Positions 11,731-22,889 of a DNA stretch of 64,000 bases are shown in pieces. The DNA comes from an uncultured Acidimicrobiia bacterium. Lineage in GTDB: Bacteria; Acidobacteriota; Terriglobia; Versatilivoradales; Versatilivoraceae. Positions within the stretch are counted from its first letter, which is position 1; each line of letters begins with the position of its first letter. Both the position numbers and the translations under genes were made by a program. The notes below the pieces were generated by a model. The model did not search any database. It saw nothing but the letters and a program-made list of their open reading frames with translations, and had not been told where the DNA came from. Where the stretch lies: the NCBI GenBank assembly GCA_963786955.1, contig CAWBAT010000006.1, forward strand, positions 224,001 through 288,000. The letters run 5' to 3'.

Positions 11731-12561
11731 TCAATTTTCCTTCAACTCAACACTAATTGTGAGATCACTCCCTTGTATGACAACGAACTGACGAATGTAC
11801 TTTTTGTAACGACTCTTTCGCAGAATGACTTGGTATTTTCCGGGTTTTAAAGTCAACCGAGAGGGCGTCATCCCAACCAATTGATTATTCAAGAGAATCT
11901 CGGCGCCTTCAGGAGCCGAGTCTACCAGAACATTACTGGTTTCTCCGGCCGCAGTGGTTGCTGCAGCCTCGGACACCTCCTCAGTAGGTTTCGTAGCGGA
12001 TTCTCCAGAGTTTCCCAACATCGATTTTTTTTGCAATCGGGTCGCAATTTCATTGAACACTTCAAACTCAAACTTTCCATTAGATTGGCAAAGCCGCCAT
12101 TCCCCCGAGATGGATGAGTCATCGAAAAACGTCGAGGAGAATCCGTATATCTCTGGACGCAACATGAGTTGAGTCGACTCTTCTGAAACCCTATGAACTT
12201 CTGCATAGATTTTCATTTTCCCGTCTTCCCATTTTTTCATCATACCTCGCGGTGGAATAACGAAGGCTTTAAATCCACTGCTGACCTTTGAAAAATGACG
12301 GTTATGCGAAAAAATGACGTAGCCGGTTTCAATCTTCCCCAACGATTTTTCTCTGATCTTAAACTTAAACCCATATTCCACGAGAAGATCGTCCAAGCTT
12401 TGCCAGACCTGGTCATAATCTGCCTGAAATGTTGAGCGATCCATAGACTTATCGCTATCGACCGGGGGGACCATCTTGCTCTGGGGTGACGATTCATCTC
12501 CCCAGACAAGGGAAGGGGTGATGAGCCAAGCAAAGAGAATGACTATGGAAATTCGTTTCAT
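11731..12561 (-). CDS. Secreted protein with C-terminal PEGA domain
   Basis: Signal peptide MKRISIVILFAWLITPSLVWG; C-terminal VDSAPEGAEILLNNQLVGMTPSRLTLKPGKYQVILRKSRY. Confidence 0.85.
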   Translation of the reverse strand: MKRISIVILFAWLITPSLVWGDESSPQSKMVPPVDSDKSMDRSTFQADYDQVWQSLDDLLVEYGFKFKIREKSLGKIETGYVIFSHNRHFSKVSSGFKAFVIPPRGMMKKWEDGKMKIYAEVHRVSEESTQLMLRPEIYGFSSTFFDDSSISGEWRLCQSNGKFEFEVFNEIATRLQKKSMLGNSGESATKPTEEVSEAAATTAAGETSNVLVDSAPEGAEILLNNQLVGMTPSRLTLKPGKYQVILRKSRYKKYIRQFVVIQGSDLTISVELKEN

Positions 12562-12663
12562 AAATGACGATCGACCGCGAGCCACCTCAATGGATCTATC
12601 GGCCTCGATGAATAAAAGTACAGTCAATTGAATAGATTAGGGGCAAAAGCAAACAAATTTTCC

Positions 12664-14142
12664 TTATCTCATGGAGAAGCAACCTTGAAACTGTAGTGTT
12701 TGATAAAGATATTCGCCCTGCCGCTTTGCAACAGATCTAAACTCCCATTCCCAAATCGTAGCCAGGACATCTTGTGGCAAGGAGGCTCCTGCTGTATTCT
12801 TTTTGAGCTGCGTGACTTCCCTAACTCTGCCTTTTCCGTCAATGACAACCCGAACCACGAAGGTTTCCCCGCCCATCTCTTCAAGCGCTGCATCCGACAA
12901 TACAATCTTCTTCATTTGCACGAGCTGAGGCTCACGAATCGAAATGGAAATGTCCGAAACAACTAATTCCGGCCTTGGCGAATGGGTGTTGTTCTGGCCG
13001 GGCGTTTCTTTACCAGGTTCCGATGGGAGTTTTGATGGGCTCTCTACTTGTGCAGGGGCAGCGGAGGGAGTCTTCGTGGAGATATTTAGCTGCCGATTTA
13101 CGATCCATAGGCCCATTTTCATGACTGACCTCAGCTGGACCTGGAGTTGAGCCAATTGGGGGAGAATTTGGCGAATTGGACTCACTCGATTCGAAAGGAG
13201 GATCGTTGACTCGGTTTGGAGACAGTCTGCCCAAACTTATGCCAGATGAAGTATAAAGTCGCGAAGAGTTACGAAAACGAGGAGGGTCAGCATCGCCCAA
13301 TTCCAGTCCAATTTCTTCACTGGCCGCAGGGGTAACATGACTCGAGTTTTGCGTCCTTTGGTTTTGGAGAGAACTTCGGGGTCTACCCGCAAAGGCGCAT
13401 TGGGTTTGTGTTTTTCGGGCGAAGGAGGCGTTTGGATTTTGGTCTTGTCGTCCTTTGCCCACACTTTGGGGGATTTTGGATACATCTTCGAGGGCTGTGA
13501 CTTTAACCGGGGGGGCCTGCAACCTTCACTTCATGCTCAACTTCGGGCTCTTTCTTGATCTTGAAAGGTTGAAGCGAAGCCAACTCATTTTCCGCGGGAG
13601 GGAGTTCAGTCGAAGGTGATTGAACAAGTAAGGCTTGGTGAGGCGTGATCGGCTCTGGAATGGGTGATTGGGTTACTTCTTGATTCTCCTCGATGGGTTT
13701 GGAAGGCAGAACTTCCTGGGGAACATCGATTCGACTTTGCGGCTGAATCTTGTTGCGAGAATGACTCAATTGCTCGAACACTATCCAGATTGCTTTTTTC
13801 AGGGCTTCACGCTGAAAAGGCTTCACGAAATAATGGAGCGCTCCATATTTTTCAGTAATATCTCGGCGAGCCCGCTCATCACGGTAGAATGCCGTGTAGA
13901 AAATCACCGGCGCTCGAAAACCATGCTTCCCAAACGCAATTGTGGAACCAAATTCGAAGCCCTCCGACCGGCCGGGTTAGAACCTCAATCACGACCAAAT
14001 CAGGAACATTAACTTTTGCATCATCAATAGCTTGCTTAGGATTCGGTTGGACGGTAACCTGAATGCCTTCTGCTTCTAAGCCCAGCTTGAGCTCCATGAT
14101 TTCGTTATCTAAGTGATCAACGAATAAAACATGCCCCGCCAT
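12664..14142 (-). CDS. Atypical receiver domain - Pro-rich linker - TM - TonB C-terminal-like fusion protein (several frameshifts)
   Basis: VLFVDH..PDLVVIEVL..IFYTAF..FVKPF receiver; Pro-rich linkers; TM WNWAMLTLLVFVTL; VVRVVIDGKGRVREV..WEWEFR TonB_C-like end. Confidence 0.65.
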
Positions 14143-14283
14143 AGAATTATCTTCCTCGCCCTATAGATACCCAAGATACTATCATAAATTGCTTCCAACA
14201 CAGGGAGATGAACCAATTAAAGTCACCGACTGGATCCACCGATCGTCTCGGTAGGATCTACGAACTGGATTAGGGCGTCAGCC

Positions 14284-15816
14284 GTGAATGAGGAGTCTGA
14301 TTTGACTAAAAGCATCTCCCAATCTCAACTCGTCGTAAAGATCGTTTTCTTACGAATGCTTTTTCTGACCATCGCCCTGACTATGATTGAAATTTTACTA
14401 GCCTCTTCCTCCGCTGCAGATGTCATTTTTCTGAAAAACGGTAAAACGATTCCGACGGCTCGAACTTGGCAAGACACCAAGAAAATCTACTACGAAAAGG
14501 ATGGGAACGTTTACAGTTTTTCTAAGGATCTCGTTGAAAGGATCGACCCCACCCGCGATTTTCTACTAGAACAACCTGGACAGGCTTCTCCGAAGCCCCC
14601 GATTCGATCAATTCCGGTTGAGGTGCTGGACAAGACCATCGAAATTGGCTCATCTCTAGAAACCTCCTCTCGCTCCGGTGTTATTCAAGAAGGCGTTCTC
14701 AATCTGAAACTGCTTGAGGCCCTGCAGAGTCAGGCGCGCAAGAACGTGAGTGAACGCGAAATCCAAGCACAATATCGGAATGCACTCGTTGAAGTGATTA
14801 ATTGGCACTGGGGTCGAAATGAATGGAGTGCCGCAGAAGAGAGGCTTGACCAATACCTCCAGGTCGAACCGGAAAGCTTCGAGGCACGCCTATTAAAAGC
14901 GTCTATTTATGTGAAGAAGGGAGCATACAGACAGGCCGAAACGATCTTGCTCCAACTTGGGGTTAAGAACCCGGACTCAGCGGATCTCAATTACCTATTG
15001 GGTATGACCTACTACATGCAAGACAAGAATGAGGCTGCCTATCGGTATCTTAAAATGTCGCTTGCCTTTGGATTTCGCCCCGATGTGGATCAACTTTTGA
15101 AAAAAATTGAGAATGAGAACCGTACCGAAAATGAATACAAGCAGTCCAATAGCCTTCATTTTGTCGTACGCTACGAAGGTACGGATTCCAATCGAATGCT
15201 TTATCAAGACATTCTTAAGAGCCTCGAACAATCCTATCAGGAACTCGAACAATCACTCGACTATTCGCCGAAAGAGACTCTGGTCGTGGTTCTTTATCCA
15301 GATGAGGTTTTTCAGGATGTAACCAAGAGCCCGGGTTGGGTGGGGGCAATGAATGATGGGAAGATAAGATTCCCGACTAAAGGCCTAAGCCGGGTAGACC
15401 CATCCGTCCAAAGAATCCTGAAACATGAATTAACCCACTCTTTCATCCGAACTAAGGCGGGGGGAAATTGCCCATTGTGGCTGAACGAAGGCTTGGCCCA
15501 ATTCTTAAGCGGAGATTCAAGTCACCAATTTCGCCTGGTTGCGAAGCAAGCCCTGATCCAACAAAAACTGCCCTTACTATCCCAGCTCCATGGAACGTTT
15601 CTGGGCCTATCCTCTACTCAGGCCGCTTGGGTTTATCAGCAGTCATTGCTGGCTACCGAATATCTTGTCGAGACCTTCGGGTTATCTAACGTGGAAAAAC
15701 TCTTAGAAGTGACGAGTGCATCGGGAAGTTTTGAAGCCGCATTATCCCAGGTCCTTCGGCGCTCTTACCCTGAAATAGAAAAGGACTTCCAAGAATTCAT
15801 CCAAAAAGGAAATTAA
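14284..15816 (+). CDS. Secreted TPR protein with C-terminal peptidase MA-like gluzincin domain
   Basis: ADVIFLKNGK N-domain, TPR-like helices, HELTH zinc motif, PLWLNEGLA; true start may be downstream of 14284. Confidence 0.85.
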   Translation: MNEESDLTKSISQSQLVVKIVFLRMLFLTIALTMIEILLASSSAADVIFLKNGKTIPTARTWQDTKKIYYEKDGNVYSFSKDLVERIDPTRDFLLEQPGQASPKPPIRSIPVEVLDKTIEIGSSLETSSRSGVIQEGVLNLKLLEALQSQARKNVSEREIQAQYRNALVEVINWHWGRNEWSAAEERLDQYLQVEPESFEARLLKASIYVKKGAYRQAETILLQLGVKNPDSADLNYLLGMTYYMQDKNEAAYRYLKMSLAFGFRPDVDQLLKKIENENRTENEYKQSNSLHFVVRYEGTDSNRMLYQDILKSLEQSYQELEQSLDYSPKETLVVVLYPDEVFQDVTKSPGWVGAMNDGKIRFPTKGLSRVDPSVQRILKHELTHSFIRTKAGGNCPLWLNEGLAQFLSGDSSHQFRLVAKQALIQQKLPLLSQLHGTFLGLSSTQAAWVYQQSLLATEYLVETFGLSNVEKLLEVTSASGSFEAALSQVLRRSYPEIEKDFQEFIQKGN

Positions 15817-15959
15817 ACTGGGGGGGCGAAACCCGCTCTGCCTGAGTAAAGGCCGTTTTGCTAAGCGTGCAATCCGCGCTGAAGTTGAGGTACTTTGCCG
15901 CGTTGAACTTTCCTCCGTACACGCACTCCGTCTTGCGCTGAAACGGTGTCCAGAGACCA

Positions 15960-16901
15960 TTACGGTGAGAGATTTTTCCGATACCATTCTACGGTTTGTT
16001 TCAGCCCGGCCGCAAAATCAACCAGGGGTGTATACTGAAGGTCATTGGCAGCTCGGGAAATATCGGCAAGCGAATGTTGAATATCCCCAACTCGGGGAGA
16101 AGCATAGTTTGCCGGGATGTCCGTTCCCAGGAGTTTGTTCAGGCTGCTGACAACTTGATTGAGCGTCACACTTCGACCGCAAGCAATGTTATACACCTTG
16201 CCTGCCACCCCTTTTGCTTGACAAGCCAGCAGATTCCCCCGGACCACATTGGCCACATAGGTGAAATCCCGGCTCTGCTCCCCATCACCCAGGATTGTCG
16301 GCGATTCTCCCCTCAACATTTCTGTGATGAAACGCGACAAAACCCCAGAATACTGGGAAGAGGGATCTTGCCGTGGACCAAAGACGTTGAAATAACGAAG
16401 GGATACCGTTTCCAGCCCATAAAGCGAGTTGAATAGCCGACCATACTCTTCTCCGGCGTACTTCATCAAACCGTACGGAGAAATGGGTTTGGCTGGCAAA
16501 TCTTCTCTTTTGGGGAGTACCTCGCTATCGCCATAAACAGAGGACGAGCCAGCATTAATGACTCGTTTGACTCCCGCTTGTTTGGCAGCCCAAAGAACAT
16601 GTAAAGTCCCCGTAAGATCTGCATTGTGGGACGCAATCGGGTCTAAAATCGATTTCGGAACTGAAGGGATGGCGGCCTGATGAAATACAAACTGCACCCC
16701 TTTCATGGCAACTTTCAAGTCACTGAGGTTGCAAATGTCCAGTTCCAAAAACTCGATTTTGTTTTTGAAGGTTTCCAAGTTCTCTCGTTTCCCGGTGGCG
16801 AGATTATCCAACACACGAACTCTGGCGTTTTGCTTCAGCAGTTCCTCAACAATATTGGATCCGATGAAGCCGGCACCACCCGTGACCAGATACAACGACA
16901 T
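15960..16901 (-). CDS. NAD-dependent nucleotide-sugar epimerase (extended SDR, WbpP/GalE-like)
   Basis: [58 protein letters not shown]. Confidence 0.93.
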   Translation of the reverse strand: MSLYLVTGGAGFIGSNIVEELLKQNARVRVLDNLATGKRENLETFKNKIEFLELDICNLSDLKVAMKGVQFVFHQAAIPSVPKSILDPIASHNADLTGTLHVLWAAKQAGVKRVINAGSSSVYGDSEVLPKREDLPAKPISPYGLMKYAGEEYGRLFNSLYGLETVSLRYFNVFGPRQDPSSQYSGVLSRFITEMLRGESPTILGDGEQSRDFTYVANVVRGNLLACQAKGVAGKVYNIACGRSVTLNQVVSSLNKLLGTDIPANYASPRVGDIQHSLADISRAANDLQYTPLVDFAAGLKQTVEWYRKNLSP

Positions 16902-17115
16902 GATCGATGACTCCTTTGAGTAAACAACATTGCCTCCCCGATTAAAGCGAAGAGACTGACCTATAAACAACGGGTGATTACACCATAACCATAAATTAAT
17001 TCCAAATCCAATATCCCCCGTCGAATTTTCACTCGATCTAATCCAGCACACTCAGTTGCCGATAAAACAGTTGATTAGCTTCGTAATCATTCATTAGCAA
17101 AGAAGTCAACTCCAT

Positions 17116-18691
17116 ATGATAGGCGAAATTAAGTCCCGCTCTGTTACCGAACCACTCAAAGCGATCTACCTCAAGAAACTAACGGGCACACTCGTTGTGT
17201 CTAATCACACCGTCGTCAAAGAATTGCTTTTCGATAAGGGGCTATTTGCTGGTGCCTTGAGCACGGATCCGTCTGAGGAATTGGGTGAATGGCTTGTCTG
17301 CGATTGGAAAGCTCAGCCCTTCAGACCTGGACGCCGCGGTGCTTACCGACCCCTCGCGGCAGTTGCTGGGCCAAGTCCTGGTCGAAATGCAACTTCTAAA
17401 CGAGAGTCAAATTGCAGAGTTTCAAGCACTTCAATCTCAGGAGATTTTTTGTTCGATCTTCAATTGGGAAAGTGGCCAATTCGAATTCAAAGAAGGGAAC
17501 ATTTTCCTCGACGAAAGCCAAAGGTTGTCGTTGCCTATCCCCAACTTGATATTTCAAGCGATCCAACGAACAACCTCCCCCGAAGCCATACATCGCGGGT
17601 TGAAAGGGGTTAACCAACTGATCCGGTTGAGCGCGGAAGCAGAAACACGGGCAGGTGAAATCGACTTAACGCCTGAGGAAGGGTTCATATTGAGTCGGAT
17701 CGACGCTTCGACTTCTATTGCTGAAATCATGCAGCTATCCCCGTTAGGATTGGAGAAGACCGAACGCGCACTCTACGGCTTTATCTCGGCTGGAATTGTT
17801 GAATTTGTCACCCAGAACGACACCGCTTCTGAGAAGTTGACTCCGCCTGCAAGAGGAAACTATCGATCGACGGAGCCGCCACCGGCGCCGTCCCCTGTGG
17901 AAAACACGGAGGGCCAGCTCTCCACAAAGGAAATCGATGAGATCAAGTCGGATGTATTCTTGATGCTGGATGCCGCTAAGTCCAAAAATTATTACGATTT
18001 TCTCAATGTCGAGTCTTCAGCCGGTATCGATGAGATCAAGAAGTCGTATTATGGATTGGCGAAGAGATTCCACCCCGACCGTTATCATCATTCAACAAAA
18101 GGGGAAGTTAAAGAAGCTCTAGAGATCATTTTCTCCACCCTGTCTCAAGCCTATGAAACCCTGAAAGTACCTGCGACGCGGTCCAGCTATGACGCCAAAA
18201 TATTCAAATTGGATTCTCCGAACCCTACTTCGGAAAAGCAGGCACCTTCTGGATCTTCGGCAGCAGGCCCAGGCCAACAAAAATTGGCGGAGCTAAATTA
18301 TCGTCAGGGGCGAGGCTATTTCGAACAGGAGGACTACTGGAATTCGGTCCAAGCCTTCCGTCAGTCTGTTCGCCTTGAACCCAGCAACCCGCGCTACCGC
18401 TACTGGCTGGCAATGGCGCTTGCAAAAAACCCGAAATGGCGGCGAGAGGCCGAAGAACACTTCCTGAAAGCTATCGAAATCGACCAATTTAAGGCCGAAT
18501 ACTGCGCGGGTCTTGGAGCTCTTTATAAGGAAGTGGGAATGCTTAAACGCGCCCAAAGTCAGTTCAATCGAGCTCTCCAACTTGAACCCGACAACCAGGC
18601 GGCATTGGAAGGCTTACACTCCCTACCAGAAACTGGGAAGAAGAAGTCGGGGCTGACAGCTTTGAAAAAACTTTTTCGTGTTAAAAAGTAG
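17116..18691 (+). CDS. DUF4388-like + DnaJ + TPR domain protein (one frameshift near 17295)
   Basis: LTGTL..FDKG..EELGEWL, IFNWESGQFEF, NYYDFLNV..IKKSYYGLAKRFHPD J-domain, C-terminal TPRs. Confidence 0.85.
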
Positions 18692-19216
18692 AGCAGGCCG
18701 ATAAGCCGAATTCTGTTTCCGGTCCCTTTCCACTGGAAAGGGGTTCCGGACGGTAGTCATTCCTCTAATCTGAAAGTCACCCTTCAGATCCAGCATCCTA
18801 CCCGGATGTCAAACGGCGCGGGTCACGCCTTCATCCCTATTTGGATTTGCTCCGTGTGGGGTTTGCCAGGCTTATCTATTACTAGATAACCGGTGCGCTC
18901 TTACCGCACCATTTCACCCTTACCCCTGAGAAGCAGAAGGCAGAGAACAGAAGGCAGTAGGCGGAACGCAGAAAGCAGTGATTAGAATTGAACTTTGACA
19001 ATCTCTGCCTGCTGCTCGCTGCCTACTCTTTTCTGCCTTCTGCTTCTCAGGGGCGGTATATTTTCTTTTGCACTTTCCGTACTTGTCGGCACATTCACCC
19101 CTTAAGGCTTCTGTCCCTTCAAGCCCCCCGTGTTACGGGGCACACCACCCTGCGGAGTTCGGACTTTCCTCCCGCCCGACCCAGAAGGGTCGAGCCGGCG
19201 ACCACCTGACCTGCTC
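18691..19216 (-). ncRNA. rnpB: RNase P RNA, type A, about 526 nt
   Basis: Minus strand: GAGCAGG...GAGGAAAGTCCGAACTCC, GGAAAGTGC, GGTAAGGGTGAAATGGTGCGGTAAGAGCGCACC, GGCAAACCCC, GGAGCAA, AACAGAATTCGGCTTATCGGCCTGCTC; 5' and 3' ends pair (P1). Confidence 0.97.
18923..19053. repeat. Heptamer tandem repeats (GCAGAAG-like) forming an extended P12 hairpin in rnpB
   Basis: Seven units gcagaag gcagaga acagaag gcagtag gcggaac gcagaaa gcagtga from 18933, paired with six complementary units ending ctgccttctgcttctcagggg. Confidence 0.9.
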
Positions 19217-19222
19217 CGCAAG

Positions 19223-19228
19223 ATTATA
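19223..19228 (-). promoter_or_regulatory. Sigma70 -10 box of rnpB
   Basis: Perfect TATAAT about 6 nt upstream of the P1 5' end; no clear -35. Confidence 0.6.
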
Positions 19229-19394
19229 GCCAGAGTGGGGGGCAATAAACCAGATAAGATAACAAACGGGCAATGGAGCAACGCTATCCATCCCCGATCC
19301 TATTGACTCTCGGCATTCGGAAACTGAAAAAAAAAGGCGGGCTATCCCTGACAGAGCCGACGGCAACCCATAGTGGGATTCTGATGGCCGCTTG

Positions 19395-19536
19395 GACACG
19401 GGTTTCTCACCAATAGCGTGGCATGAGGGCATGCCGCTTACAACCTCTGAAGGCATGAAGCCTTCTCTATGCCTCATCCTACGGGGCAAACTAGACCCCT
19501 CAATCGGTTTCTCCCCGGTGGTGAGCAATCCGCATA
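19395..19536. mobile_element. Degenerate MITE-like element (GGATTTCTCACCAC-type ends) with internal hairpins
   Basis: CGGGTTTCTCACCA ... GTGGTGAGCAATCCG ends match the element at 28323-28463. Confidence 0.5.
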
Positions 19537-19573
19537 AACCATACCATCATGACCCGGGCCTTACTTAATTTCC

Positions 19574-20824
19574 TCATTGCTCTTTTCCCTGATTCCAGTA
19601 GATTTTCAGATTGTGGGATGCCCTTCCCGAAGCAATAATCTCCGGGAAACCATCTCCATTAAGATCGGCGACAGTCAAGTCTTCGCAGGCCATGCCCCCT
19701 TCATCCACCATAGACTTACGACCCGCATTCCAGTTTTCGTCAACGGGATCGTAGATGGCCACCCCATAACTGCTGCCTCGCTGGGTTCACGCCATCCGAC
19801 GACGATCTCTTCATCCCCATCGTCGTCCATATCAGCACACCACAGAGCGTGTCCCTGCTTCAATTTTGAATCCAGCACTTTCCGCTCCCAGAGGTCTTCC
19901 TTTTCAGTAGGCGGAAGGTAGACTACAACTTGATTGCCGTGCCAAGGTTCAATCGTGGCGATATAGATTCGACCACTCCGGAACCGTCCTATCTTAACTT
20001 CTCCCGCACCAATATCCCCTTTTTCTTCGGTATTCCCCTCGCCGATTTGGGTTTTTATCCATTTCCCTGCCGACTCCTTCCCAAATAAAAAGACTCCTTC
20101 AAGGCTAGCCGTCAAGATCTCTTCCGCCGGGTCAGAATCGAAGTTGACGGTTACAAAATTATGGAGGCTGTGTAACGAACTATCGATGACTTCCTCTTTC
20201 CAATGATCGACCGAAGGGTCTAGGAGGGACTTGAAAGCCCATCAGGCGAACCCCATTCCCTTTTGCCCAATTTGGGGGTTTGGTCCCCCTCCCCTGCAGC
20301 GGTGCGACAATCAATTCTTTGCGACCATCCCCGTCACAGTCCGCCCAGCGGATTCGATGCAACGTCGGTTCGGACCCAATCGGAAATACGGGCCAGGGTT
20401 CATTGAGATTCTTAGGTTGCTTAAGCCATTGGAGGGTTCCACCCGTTTCCGTATTGGTCGCCATCCACTCCGCCCCCAAGGCCACATCTAGGCGGCCATC
20501 CCCATCAATATCGTGGACTGCAAGGCAGACATTGAATTTCTTGGTGACTCCATCAATCATGATATGTTTCTTCCAGCTCGGGTTTTCAAACCAAACCACT
20601 TGAGTCTCGTTTATCGCGACAATGTCGAGCTTACCATCCCGATTGATGTCTGCCGTCGCCACGGCATACCCCAATCCAAAATTGCCGTCGACAATTTGTG
20701 AGACGAATTTAGGGAAGAATACGTCAGTTGCTGAACGAGCGGTGCTAGTCAGCCATCCCGTTACCAACACTACCATTACTGAAATCAACGTGAATAAATT
20801 TGCATTGAAAGTTGTTTTTCTCAC
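19574..20824 (-). CDS. Secreted FG-GAP/VCBS beta-propeller protein, aldos-2-ulose-dehydratase-propeller-like (frameshifted, 3 pieces)
   Basis: Signal peptide; ADINRDGKLDIV, WFENPSW, DIDGDGRLDV, LHRIRWAD, EPWHGNQV, GHALWCAD, ADLNGDG; GTG start overlaps the upstream TGA. Confidence 0.8.
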
Positions 20825-22889
20825 CAGATGTAATCCTTTGCGATTGGCCGCTTGTCATGTCCGTCAAGAATATGGACCACGCGGATTTTTTTGAGGCTGA
20901 TGGGAGACAGTTGACCAATCGGAATATAGATAATTTTTTTTCCCAGTCGCGAGGCACTAGCCCTAAAAATCGTTCGGGGCGGTTGGGCGGCAACATAAAC
21001 GACAAATTTTTCTAACGTATAATCCAGGGCCGCCATTAACAGTGTCTCCGGCTTGGATTCCGCAAACAGGTAATCAGGATCTTGCCAGACATCCATCATG
21101 CGACGCGGTGGGAAAGACAACAAGAACCCCCCGTATTCGGCCCGCACAATCCCTGGCCCGACAATTTGGTTGTATGGATCGGTCGAATAAAACGCCATGT
21201 CGGATTCCTGATTGTGCTCTCCCAGCCAAGTCATACACCAGGGATACCGGTTCTCACGGTCTTCATCAAAAATGACAACGACGGCCCCTACTTCCCCAGA
21301 GACCCGCTGGAACTGTCGGACATAGAGCCTGCCTTCATGCCAGTTCCGCAACGTTTCACGGATGTCAATTCCATCCAGTAAGGACGTGGAAAAGGGTTCA
21401 CTATGGATTCTTTCTTCGGAGAGGACACTCTTCCCCTTCTTCTTGAGAAAGAGCCCGTAATTTTCTAAAACAATGTCCTCCGGAGGATAGGAGCAGATTC
21501 CTTTGCCCTCAAACTGTTGAGCCCATTCGCCGGGTACTTTTTCTTTTTTTCTTCCGCGCAACCCCATGGGACGAGGTCTCGATTTGGCTCGCGGCAAACG
21601 CCGACGCAAGCGAATCCGCTTCATGTTTACCCAAATTTCTTCGCCCGAGACGTTGACAGTCATCAGATCAGAATTTTCCTTCTGAAATGGGCTGGAGGAA
21701 GCCAGTTGCCAAAGTTCCCAAGCAAAATTGTCGTCCACGATGGCCCGCGCGGCTACCGTTTGGTCAAATAAAGTTGCGATCAAGTTCTGGTCTACTAGCG
21801 CCAAATTCCTGCAATAGCGAGAGAAGAAACTTCGCTGCCAGTGAGCCAATTTTTCTCCTGTTGATTTCCCGTAGAGCTTTTCAGCCTCTGCAAATAGGCG
21901 AAAATTCATGCGCTGTCGGTCCATCAGGCGAAACTGTTCAGGCCGTGTCGAAATTTCAAATTCCGGCCCGTCGTTGGCCGCATTACTTGGAGTAGCTCAT
22001 GGGCTCTTTCTCTGCCTGATCTTTCGCAGCGTCGCGGGTCGATGCATGAGACAACCAATTCACATGGCGTGCCATATGTCGCACCACATACTCCAACTCG
22101 CGGCGAGGCGTCTTCGACACTGGCGGTGAGAATCGTGAATGGGCCATGCTCTTTGATCGTTCCTCCCTCCCCTTCTGGATCCTCGGCAGGCAAACCATAG
22201 CGACGGACTTCGTAAACCGCCTGCAAGAGTGGGTATTCAAGCACCACTTCCGCCAGACAGTCAGGGTGGAGATTGAGCAACTTGTATTTCTTCGCGCCGT
22301 GACCGGAGGAGCGGTTCAGCTTGCGGATGTTCCATCGCCATCCATCACGGGGTCGAGAAGATTCAGTGAAATGACGACCAAGACTCGTGCGGTCGGGTCG
22401 CAGCTCTGCAGCTTCCAGGCAATCCCTGCCGCATGTCGCTTCAATTCGAAGCTGCTTTTTTGCGGGTAGAGACGATAAACATCGACATATTTCTCAGAAC
22501 CGAGGCGTCGAATGGCATAACTATCCGGGTAGAGATCCTTGAGATGTGGTCGTTCGCCCACGTCTGGATCCACAAAAAAAATCTCCGCGCCAATTTCTTG
22601 GGCACTGCGAATCGCTTCTATGAACGGGTCCGTAATTTCAATGGGAATGTAAACCGATTCATCTTTCTTGGCCTCTGAGTAGGTGATGATGGATAACTCA
22701 GGGAGGCGCTCAATGGCCCGCAGAAAAGCCCACTCCAACGTGGCCGGCAATTCAACGGCGACGACCTGGGGTCGTTCTTTCAGGATGGTTTTGCGGACCT
22801 CTTCGGCAAACTCCATTTTCCCCGGGTACGACCGGCAAATATTGCAGACGTCCTCCTCGCAGACTGGCCGAATCGTTATCGCAGAACAT
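20821..22889 (-). CDS. Conserved hypothetical MoxR partner, about 690 aa (TraB/DUF5682-like N-domain; frameshifted)
   Basis: YLPVVPG-MEFAEEVRKTILKERPQVVAVELP, ICSYPPED, DGIDIRETLRNW, WLGEHNQESDMAFY, IRVVHILDGH; overlaps both neighbours. Confidence 0.75.

Noticed and set aside
19325-19380. Possible c-di-GMP-I riboswitch (GGGTTGCCG before a U-tract on the minus strand)
   Set aside because: The upstream GGCAAA..GAAA..GACGCAAA elements are absent; more likely a terminator-like hairpin
18988-19528. ORFs 18988..19209 (+) and 19133..19528 (-)
   Set aside because: Overlap rnpB, its promoter and a repeat element; no protein-like motifs
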